Below, one piece after another: positions 23,201 to 31,024 of a stretch of DNA of 64,000 nucleotides; positions within the stretch are counted from its first letter, which is position 1, and every line of letters begins with the position of its first letter. The stretch covers positions 6,386,001 through 6,450,000 of the forward strand of contig OZ076420.1 of the NCBI GenBank assembly GCA_964187785.1, read 5' to 3'. The position numbers and the translations under genes were made by a program. Origin of the DNA: Amphiscolops sp. MND2022. Taxonomy: Eukaryota. The notes under the pieces are model-generated. The model was not told the DNA's origin and made no database searches. It worked only from the letters and a program-made list of their open reading frames with translations.

Positions 23201-26200
23201 AGAAGGCGTTAGAGTAACTAGCTACCTGTTTGGTGAGTGTCTCGAGCAGGATGGGCACGATGAAGGCCAGGGCCCCCTTGGCGTAGTGGCGGGACACACT
23301 CTCGGGGGCGCGGCCCTGCTCGGTGGCCTCCTGCGCCTCGATCAGCAGGTCCATTTCCTCGTCACACACTGAACTCCAGAACTCGATGCCCTGAACACAA
23401 CACAACACACCACTCATACTAATCTCTCGCAAACTCACTGAGTAACTGTACGGTCCTATGATAACCGAATGGAACCCTGTTTGGTAGTTGAGTTTGGAAC
23501 GCCTAATGATTCTGCGAATTTCTCCGAAACTAACAAGTCTTCCCAAAAATGATAAACAAACGTTGAAAATGAACTCCAGAACTCGATGCCCTGAACACAA
23601 CACAACACACCACTCATACTAATCTCTCGCAAACTCACTGAGTAACTGTACGGTCCTATGATAACCGAATGGAACCCTGTTTGGTAGTTGAGTTTGGAAC
23701 GCCTAATGATTCTGCGAATTTCTCCGAAACTAACAAGTCTTCCCAAAAATGATAAACAAACGTTGAAAATGAACTCCAGAATTCGATGCCCTGCACAACA
23801 CGACAAACAGAAGTGTTCAAAGTGTTGTGGTTGATAATGCGTTCGCTGATAAAACGGATCAAAACTGGCGTAAAAATTAACGCTTCTAGGACATTACGCC
23901 CAAAGCGGACATTACATACATTATACATACAACAATCTTTCAAATTATTGGGTGTAATGTCCTTGGGCGTAACGTCGGGACACCAAAGTTGACATATTTG
24001 AATTTAGAAATGTATGGAAATGAAATCGACATAAATTGCAGAATGTTGAGTTGAAAATGCATAGAATGAAATGGGCTCTTTTTCCTTCCCCCCCCCCCCC
24101 CCCCACACGCTGTGATCACTAATTTTTTACCTGAGTAAAATATGTTCAATTAGAGTTTTTATTTGACTTTCAAACAAATTAAGCACTCTATTTTGCTGCC
24201 GTTACATAAAATTGCAGAAAATGATACCTTTTGGCATTATTTCCCAATATTTCTTTAGTGTTTGTCATGTGTGGGGGGAAAAGGAAAAAGAGCCATGAAA
24301 TGTCGTCATGTAACCACCATCGGTTGGTGGTGAGCGAGTGACGTCACAATGAATGACGTCACGATATTGTTATGTTTGCCTGAGTGAGTGACGTCACAAA
24401 GAGTGCTGTTGTTTGTTTGTGTAGCTCACCTGGAGGGCGACGTCGTCCTCGGGGGAGCGCATGGCGTCGAGAGTGATGGCGAAGAGGGCGGGGCCCATGT
24501 AGGCCTCCATGAACTGGTAGTAGAGCGTCATCACCTTCACCAGACACTGCAGCGCCGTCACCCGGATCTACACAACAACACAACACACGGGGGTAGGGTG
24601 TCATCAAACAAGTCGAGAACTGTATGTATGGGTTGGTGCCCCCGCTTAGGGCCCATGAAAAATAGCAAAACTATTTCAAAGCGTCAAGGAGTCTATTTTG
24701 AATGAACTCTCAATTTCACAGTACCGAAAATAAACGAAAGGGGACTAAACCTTCTGGGCCTGAAAAGTTGTTTTTATTTTCACCAAAAATATCGAATAAT
24801 TATAACGACAAGATCTCGTTTAAATTTCTAGGACCCATTTGGAAAAATGCGGGACCCATTTGAAGATGCAAATTTTGGGAAAAGTTTAATTGAAATCTGA
24901 GTTTCTTGGAAGATAGAGTAGCTTAAAATCGAAAATTCGGTGACTCCTTATAATCTTTCGAATCCACTGAATTGTCTTCATTGAGAATTTGTTTAGAATC
25001 AGAAAAAAATGTACTATATTATGTGTATATGAACACTGCAACACATGTATTATGATGGGCTGCAGGAGCTGCATTTAGAAATTTGATTATTTCTTTGACA
25101 TCTAAAAGGTTTTTCAATCCAATTATACTAACATCCTCAAATTTGGGGCAAACACTTGGCTAAAAATTGTCCAGAAATATTTTTTCAACTTGAAAATTGA
25201 GAAAGTGTAAAATTGATTATTCTGTCAAATTTTTCAACTTTCGAACACTTTTCCTAGCTGACAATTTTGCGTATTCCTGGAAGTTTGCAAGATTTTGAGC
25301 AATGGAGTTGTGATACAGTATTTTTAGTCGGCGCTTTTATTAATAAAAGAGCCCGACTATTACAGTCACTCGTTTTTTTTAAGACAGACTCAAAGCGACG
25401 AACGTTAACGTTCAGTATCTTCAACTAAAGGAAACTAAACGAATACCCCGGAAACGCATCCAAGTTATTCCAAAGGGTCCCCCTTTGGTTTTTTACTTTT
25501 TAAACGTTACCTACAAACCCGGACGGGACTGAAGGGTCCCCCTTTTGATTTTTGTTTCAGCACTGTGCGACTTTTTGAGTTTTTTGTTATTTTGCTACAG
25601 AATGCGTGTTTATAAATCAAAAAGGGTCCGTCCCCCTTTTACATTTTCGGCACTGTGCGACATTTTCCGAAATAATTTTTTTTTCAAAAAATTCAAGTTT
25701 TTTTTTCCAAAAAAATGTTTTGCGCTTTTTGAGCCTTAGATATAGCGCCGACTTGAGACGTTCTCGTCTTGTTGAACAGCGCTGTAGACTAGATTGTGCG
25801 TTTGTGTATCATTAGCTGACCGACCTTGTGGTTGGTGCTTTGGGTGGCCTCGCAGACAACCTGCATGATGAAGTTTCGCTCGTGCTCGTTCTCGAAGTTC
25901 TGTCTGGTGAGTTCCAGCGAGTTCAGCAGTGCAGTGGTCGCCGCCAGTCGCACGTGGTCGTTGATGGCACCCCCACCCACACCCGCCCCCCCGTCTGTCC
26001 CCGCTGCAGGCTGCATGCCCCCACTCACGATGGCAGTGAGCAGCTCGTTCGACTTGTTCTGCAACTCCTGCACACTCTCCTGCAAACACGCAAACAAGGG
26101 ACAAATTGGAGATTACATTTCACAATAAGTTCATCTCTAACCCCTCGAGGAAGGGAAAGATGTTCCTCAGTAGAACCCAAACCCAACGAGTACTTTTTCG

Positions 26201-27886
26201 GAAATATCCTTTCTAGACGGGATCCTAGACAGATGCCTCCCACATACATGGTTAATGTTGATTTAGTATTTTCAGTTGATCCTATAGATTATGCCGCGTT
26301 TTACTGATGCAAGTAATTCTATACTGATTCTTAATTCAATTCTTTCCAGAAAGCAAAAAAGTGCATTTCTTGCTATCATTAAAACGAAAGTTCGATCTAA
26401 AAATTATCAATTTTTGCACATCAGAGTTTGTTTTTAGTCTTCAAGTGGGAAAGCAAGAACAGAAAAGAGCCCAAACTCGGCAGCCTATACGGACATGAAT
26501 GCATTTTGTAGAGGATCAAGTTCTTTGATTTTCCACTCAATGAATTCGACACAGCGCACTACTAACACAATCCTGACAGATGTATCCCAGGGCCTCGATG
26601 GCCGACTCCTTGAGCATGTCGCTGCTGGAGGCGTCCGTGACCTTGAGACAGAGCTGGTCCAGCAGGTCCGGCCACAGGTTGAACGGCAGCTCTGCACACG
26701 CGATGGCCGCCACACACTGCGCCGCTGTCGACGGTCTGTACGTCTCCGTGCCCAGTGTGTTCAAAATCTACAATCAAAACCACGCAAACTCAATTCTTCA
26801 ATTGTCATGATGTCATTGGTTGCTCAATTCTTCTTCCTTATATGGCAACCTAAACTAATTTGACATGCCCTCACTAAAGGGGTTAGGGGTGGGGTTTTCT
26901 GAGGTGAGAATCAATTCCAAGAAGACTACTTCAACAGTAGAAATGTCATGGACAAAAATAGGACCATTTGAAAAGAGTCATTTCTGAATAGGTCAATTTC
27001 TTTCGCTGGTGTGAGATGAAACAGCCCCTGATTGAAAAAGGACACTCTGTGACACTATATTCCAACATTAAGAGGGCTTTGGTACGCACGGTCTTTTCCA
27101 TTTAATTTAGAACACAAGAAGAGAAAGAAGTTGACTAACGTTTTGTTTGATTCTGTTGCGTGCTTCGTGGTCACTTTCGACCCACCTTTTAGTCTGAGCA
27201 GCCTTTGTCGCGGTGTCTTTGGAGGTTAGTTGGTTCTTGAGTTGCAAACCAGCTGCACGTCGGCACACATCACTCACTCCCGGAGTGCACAGAAGGTGAC
27301 TCAGTTGCTCACAAAAACCCAACTAAATCACACCCACAACTTGATAATCAACACTTCTCATTTACCAAGAGCACGCATCAACGAGTAATTCTCATTGGAA
27401 CGGCATCGTCGCTCATAGATACTAGTCGTTTTATATAGGTTAAATACGAAACTTCAGGAAGCGCAACAAAATATTCCACAAAATGTCAGTCCGGAAAGTT
27501 TCGCTAGTCCGATTGACTTGATCGGTTAAACTATATCAAGTAATGTGGTTGTCTCCATAGTTTTTTTGCCCAGCTCCTGTAAATTCAATTTTTGGTGGCT
27601 GTTGAAAACCTTATGAATTGAAATTCATTAAATTTGAGGTTGTAAAATAGGAACTTCCAAAAATTACCCGAGGCTCAAAAATTCTATGATAAATTGATTC
27701 TTCTACTTACAAAGTTGATAGATGCAGCATTTTCCAAAAACGCAAGTGCATTCTCAAGTAATTCTTTGTCTAAAATACGAACATATATGAACAACCTTGC
27801 TAGAGGATATGACTACAATCAATCGAAGTTCACTAACTTGCTGACACGGTGTTTTCCAAAATTGTCAATAAAGCTGGCTCGCTCAT
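8108..27886 (-). CDS. KPNB1: Importin subunit beta-1 (karyopherin beta 1), 16 coding exons, 923 aa
   Basis: Spliced translation [45 protein letters not shown]...[14 protein letters not shown]...[12 protein letters not shown]...DEWNPCKAA...VQEDALMA...[20 protein letters not shown]...[16 protein letters not shown] is collinear with importin beta as I recall it. Exon lengths 49+59+183+201+255+138+165+219+206+163+206+196+270+210+138+114=2772 nt, phases consistent, 14 GT-AG introns plus 1 GC-AG. Confidence 0.97.
9288..9425 (-). CDS. KPNB1: KPNB1 exon 15
   Basis: [46 protein letters not shown]|gttggt. Confidence 0.95.
10178..10387 (-). CDS. KPNB1: KPNB1 exon 14
   Basis: [33 protein letters not shown]...ELIAMQSQ|gttagt. 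Confidence 0.95.
10591..11178 (-). mobile_element. Helentron/DINE-1-like non-autonomous element (HINE)
   Basis: AACAAG terminus, AGACG-GGAA-CGTCT hairpin, subterminal AGTCGGCGC with inverted counterpart GCGCCAACT at the other end. Confidence 0.75.
11641..12204. mobile_element. piggyBac-type MITE
   Basis: TTAA|CCCTCTTCTGCAT ... ATGCAGAAGAGGG|TTAA: perfect 13-bp TIR and TTAA target duplication. Confidence 0.85.
13225..13494 (-). CDS. KPNB1: KPNB1 exon 13
   Basis: [25 protein letters not shown]...[16 protein letters not shown]...[11 protein letters not shown]|gtaagt. Confidence 0.96.
14441..14544. repeat. Perfect 104-bp palindrome inside a GGCTCTTTT-family MITE (~14110-14576)
   Basis: 52-bp arms with no spacer, centre ...AATAGTAA|TTACTATT... 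between 14492 and 14493. Confidence 0.97.
14686..14881 (-). CDS. KPNB1: KPNB1 exon 12
   Basis: (R)[22 protein letters not shown]...[15 protein letters not shown]...FFPFLKQ|gtaaca. Confidence 0.96.
15805..16359 (+). pseudogene. Degenerate Tc1/mariner-IS630-like transposase fragment
   Basis: HTH-like segment [17 protein letters not shown] followed by [17 protein letters not shown], resembling the first DDE motif FIDESGFN..TRR; broken by stops and cut by the assembly gap. Confidence 0.5.
16360..16559. other. Assembly gap (200 N) within KPNB1 intron 11
   Basis: Run of N; exon phases on either side remain consistent. Confidence 1.
17115..17320 (-). CDS. KPNB1: KPNB1 exon 11
   Basis: [14 protein letters not shown]...[21 protein letters not shown]+AG|gtcagt. 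Confidence 0.96.
17640..18600 (-). mobile_element. 5'-truncated, decayed CRE-clade (restriction-like endonuclease) non-LTR retrotransposon in intron 10
   Basis: Fragments [26 protein letters not shown]...[38 protein letters not shown] = zinc knuckle plus PD-(D/E)xK endonuclease; frameshifted; AATAAA in 3' tail. Confidence 0.85.
19125..19287 (-). CDS. KPNB1: KPNB1 exon 10 (followed by GC donor)
   Basis: (S)[54 protein letters not shown]|gcatgt. Confidence 0.92.
19403..19726. mobile_element. MITE filling most of KPNB1 intron 9
   Basis: Imperfect TIRs GGCAC..ACAATTCGGACAC / GTGTCCGAATTGTCGTGCC. Confidence 0.6.
19773..19978 (-). CDS. KPNB1: KPNB1 exon 9
   Basis: [33 protein letters not shown]...[13 protein letters not shown]+AG|gtaacg. 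Confidence 0.96.
20268..20610 (+). mobile_element. HINE copy (subfamily 2 end)
   Basis: 5' TTTAGTCGGCGC subTIR; 3' GCGCCGACT plus hairpin GCCG-TTCC-CGGC and CTTGTT end; the same end recurs at ~17482 and inverted at 57340. Confidence 0.7.
22056..22274 (-). CDS. KPNB1: KPNB1 exon 8
   Basis: [20 protein letters not shown]...[24 protein letters not shown]|gtgggt. Confidence 0.96.
22297..22370 (-). pseudogene. tRNA-derived pseudogene / SINE head
   Basis: GGTAACTGTGGCCCAGTTGGTAG...GTGGGTTCGAACCCGGTCTGCAACC: A box TGGCCCAGTTGG, B box GGTTCGAACCC; acceptor stem poorly paired. Confidence 0.65.
23226..23390 (-). CDS. KPNB1: KPNB1 exon 7
   Basis: [55 protein letters not shown]|gtagct. Confidence 0.96.
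23371..23793. repeat. 200-bp tandem duplication spanning the exon 7 acceptor
   Basis: Units 23371-23570 and 23571-23770 are identical; partial third unit 23771-23793 has one synonymous change and a different upstream intron. Confidence 0.97.
24074..24294. mobile_element. Short GGCTCTTTT-TIR MITE with 3-bp TSD (PIF/Harbinger-like by TSD length)
   Basis: ATG|GGCTCTTTTTCCTTCCCCCC ... GGGGGGAAAAGGAAAAAGAGCC|ATG. Confidence 0.7.
24430..24567 (-). CDS. KPNB1: KPNB1 exon 6
   Basis: [46 protein letters not shown]|gtgagc. Confidence 0.96.
25321..25773 (+). mobile_element. HINE copy showing the full DINE-1-like architecture
   Basis: 5' subTIR TAGTCGGCGC, nearby partial inverted CCGACT, 3' subTIR GCGCCGACT, hairpin AGACG-TTCT-CGTCT, TT end. 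Confidence 0.78.
25825..26079 (-). CDS. KPNB1: KPNB1 exon 5
   Basis: [18 protein letters not shown]...[15 protein letters not shown]...[19 protein letters not shown]|gtcggt. Confidence 0.95.
26567..26767 (-). CDS. KPNB1: KPNB1 exon 4
   Basis: [28 protein letters not shown]...[16 protein letters not shown]|gttagt. Confidence 0.96.
27140..27322 (-). CDS. KPNB1: KPNB1 exon 3
   Basis: [11 protein letters not shown]...[15 protein letters not shown]...RNRIKQN|gttagt, 183 nt. Confidence 0.95.
27711..27769 (-). CDS. KPNB1: KPNB1 exon 2
   Basis: tttag|(N)[19 protein letters not shown]|gtaagt, 59 nt. Confidence 0.92.
27838..27886 (-). CDS. KPNB1: KPNB1 exon 1 (start codon)
   Basis: ATG AGC GAG...[16 protein letters not shown]+A, donor GTTAGT, phase 1; matches MELITILEKTVSP-type N-terminus. 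Confidence 0.88.
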
Positions 27887-28079
27887 GTCTAGTAGGTCTG
27901 AAAAAAGATCCAACTGAAGGAAGCAACAACAAATGGCATGGAGTTCCGCGGACTGATTTCACACTACCAAAAATGAAATATTAGTAGAAAAATGAAAGTA
28001 GTAGTATTGTAGTTGCAAATGAATTCAATGTTATTAATTTTTTTGAAATTATTTTCCTCTATCAGATATCATGGATCTT

Positions 28080-28900
28080 CAGGGATGTGCAATTTTTAAT
28101 TGCAAGGATTTGAATATCACCAATAAATATTGCAAAAAAATGTTCTCACCAATAAATAATTGCAATTATTGCAATAATCGGAAAAAAAGCAGGAACAACA
28201 ATCAGTTCATTTCAAACAACAAATCACTTCACAAAAGCATTCACTTGTTAACAATTTTAGACACAGTTTCAATAGTCCACAGTTTATTTATGGCTTTGAG
28301 GAAAAGCTGCTGCTCAAGATGTTCTGGTGCCAGTCTGTGTCGTAGATTGGACAATGCCCAACCAGCTGTGCGGAAAAATCTTTCGAGCAATTTAGATGTC
28401 GGCAACAAAAACTATAAATTATGGTACTTGCTTTCTTCTTGAGAATCACTGAGGCAAAATCATCATCATTATCACACTGCTTCCCCGTTCTTGTTGACCT
28501 TCAATGTTTTTTAGTCTCGCACAGGCAATTTTTTCGCAAAGCGACATGTCATTGTCGCGGCGCTTCAGTATTTTTACTACCCGTTTCGAAATGCTTACTT
28601 TTGACTACACGAGCATTCGAACCAAAGTACTTGTTTTCTTGATTAATATCTTTAAATTTACGGCATGTTTCATCAAATGTCAATCAGAATTGGATCGTCG
28701 TCATCAATCATTCTTTATTCATCATGTGCCCCCAGCCCGGGCGACAGACAAAAAAAACTCCAAGATAGGAAACAAAGAATTGAGAAACGAGATCATGCAA
28801 CCTGAGAGTTCAATGGATCGAGGACATTTCAATTCAGAAATTCACTGAGGCTCGTGAAAAGGTAACGATTATGAAGCAAAGAACACATAAATTTCTAGAA
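28080..28900 (-). mobile_element. Decayed hAT transposon: 3' end and dimerisation domain
   Basis: LLPTSKLLERFFRTAGWALSNLRHRLAPEHLEQQLFLKAINKLWTIETVSKIVNK* (28241-28408) resembles the hAT C-terminal dimerisation motif; TIR-like CAGGGATGTGCAA at 28080 with TGCAA subterminal repeats. Confidence 0.7.
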
Positions 28901-28966
28901 TAAACAAAACAGTCATTGAAAACAGATTTACAAGTAGTGAAGTTCGCTTAAGTGGTCTTCGTCCCG

Positions 28967-29878
28967 GGGTGGGCGGAAGTAGGTCGAAAGAACGGGAACA
29001 AAAATCAGAGTTAGTCCTCAGGTCGGTTACCAGTCACTTGGCTTAATACCATTTGGCTTAATTTTTTCGTCGAGTCATTTGGCTTAAAAATTTTAAGCCG
29101 TGACCACAAAATTAAGCCAACTCCATTCCAACTCAAGGAATGAATATGTCAACTCCCGGAAAAATCGTAATGTGGGGCATATGCGGTTTATGCACGCTCA
29201 CCCTCACCGTCGCAAAGACCAGCTCCCACTACGATCGCTTCGCGATCTTCGTTCCCGCTAGGTCTTTGCTCCTGTTCGACCTCGCTTAGCAAGATGGGAA
29301 TATAAGCGGCCCCAAGGGGCCGCAGGGCACTAGAGGAAATGGGGACATATCTGAGGGGTACTTGATATGACATGTTATAATAATACGCTGAATACGTTAT
29401 AAAGATAAATTCGACAAAATCTGCTACGTGTTTTCAACTAAGTGGTTTTAAGTCAAATGACTTTAAGCCAAGTGTCCAATACCCGAGACACTTAGCTTAA
29501 AAAAATTAAGCCAAGTGACCAATTGTATTAAGCCAAATGACTTTAAGCCAAATGGCATTAAGCCAAGTGACCATTTACCCTCAGGTCGACAAACCGAATT
29601 TTTGAATGGGATCGAAACAACTCGGATCGAAATTTTTATAACGTAGTCAGATATGTTCACATACCCCTAGTGCCCTGAATGCAGGAGCGAAGCGAAGCGG
29701 AGCGACGTGCCATATGGCCATGCCTCAGTGTTGCTACTTGGCGAAGGGAGCCAAGCGACCGAGCCATACAACAAATACGATAAAATTCGACCGCGTTCCA
29801 TTCGATCCCTGCAATTCGATCAAAAGGTTCAACCTCTGTCCTTTCGACCAGAAAAATTCGACCTACTTACAGCCACCC
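28967..29878. mobile_element. Foldback/MULE-type MITE A (9-bp TSD)
   Basis: TTCGTCCCG TSD at 28958-28966 and 29879-29887; TIR GGGTGG(G/C)(C/T)G(G/T)AAGTAGGTCGAA. Confidence 0.88.
29025..29579. mobile_element. Foldback-type MITE B nested in A
   Basis: CTCAGGTC duplicated (8 bp, 10 bp if one terminal base on each side is counted); arms built of TTGGCTTAA / TTAAGCCAA repeats. Confidence 0.85.
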
Positions 29879-30346
29879 TTCGTCCCGAACCGTTCCAACT
29901 ACACTGGCCGCATTGCCTGCCTGGATTGCGAGAGAGAGTCTCTGCCTGAAAAACGACCCGGCTCTATTTTCCTGGTTGAACACGCACAATTTTTTACACA
30001 GGTTTTTCAAGAACGTGGACGTGGAAGGTCCGACTCCTCCCTGAATTTCAAAGGCTAAGGGTTGGAAGATGTATCCTTTGTCAGTCAAACAAACGTACTT
30101 AGCTGTTTTCAATTCCTCTGCATCCTCAGCAGGTGTGCCCGCGTTGGCAACAGAACCGTTCTCTATTCTGCTGGGGGCAAGAAGATCGACACAAGTAACA
30201 TCCCAAACTAATTGCTTGCCTTCCTCCCAGGGCACAAGGGTAATTCCGTCTGGGCGCTTTCCGTCTGATCGGGTCAGAACATTTGGTTCCAGAATTGAGG
30301 GAACTTTGATGGAACTCAGCGCCTGATTCACTAGAGTATTAAGGTT

Positions 30347-30606
30347 GGCTGAACGGAAATGGGTCGAAAGAAATGGGTCGAATCGGCCTCCTGTGCCATG
30401 GGTCGAATCTTCACCGTTTCGGAATTGGGTCGAATGGACTTGGGTCGACCTTGAAAAATGCCAAGTTCAAGGGAGACAACATATTCATTTCGACTCAAGT
30501 GCAATCGACCCAATTCGACCTCAGTCAATTCGACCTAAGTTATTCGACCAAAAGGGTCGACCTAATTCTTTTCGACCTATTTCATTCGACCCATTTCATG
30601 CAATCC
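30347..30606. mobile_element. Foldback/MULE-type MITE C (9-bp TSD)
   Basis: ATTAAGGTT TSD at 30338-30346 and 30607-30615; arms of GGGTCGAA / TTCGACCC repeats; removal restores RHHNLNTLVNQAL in the CRE frame. Confidence 0.9.
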
Positions 30607-31024
30607 ATTAAGGTTGTGGTGCCTCGAGAAACGTCCCGCGCTTCTGGCACAGGAAAGACCATGATGTCCGTTCTCTTCGACAAGTTTACCACAACGGCAA
30701 GTGTGTTCCTTGCAAACTTTCGCGCCCTGGCGAAGGGATAACGAGATGCGCAGTTGCTGATCTGTTAACTTCAGACCAAGATTTTTGCTTGGTACAACAT
30801 TCAGCCAAGCGGAACCAATCTTTTGACATTTTCCACATCAAGGTCTGTTATATGTTGATCAAAAGTAGTATCACTCAAAGGAGACGTCCAATGTTTTTGG
30901 ATGAAGTCCGACGGTGCTTCTCATAGGTTCGCTTTCGTCAGCCACAAATTCAATGCAAGCCATTGAGACCCGAACTTGCCTTGATGAGCGTTATAAACTT
31001 TCGAACGTTTGTCATCCATTCTAG

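Noticed and set aside
25826-26863. Plus-strand ORFs overlapping KPNB1 exons (also 13231-13548, 19776-20120, 22072-22413, 14648-14905)
   Set aside because: Antisense shadows of GC3-rich exons with no independent homology or splice logic.
27378-27416. [12 protein letters not shown] as an alternative KPNB1 first exon
   Set aside because: Stops in frame, and the true exons 1-2 with importin homology were found at 27838-27886 and 27711-27769.
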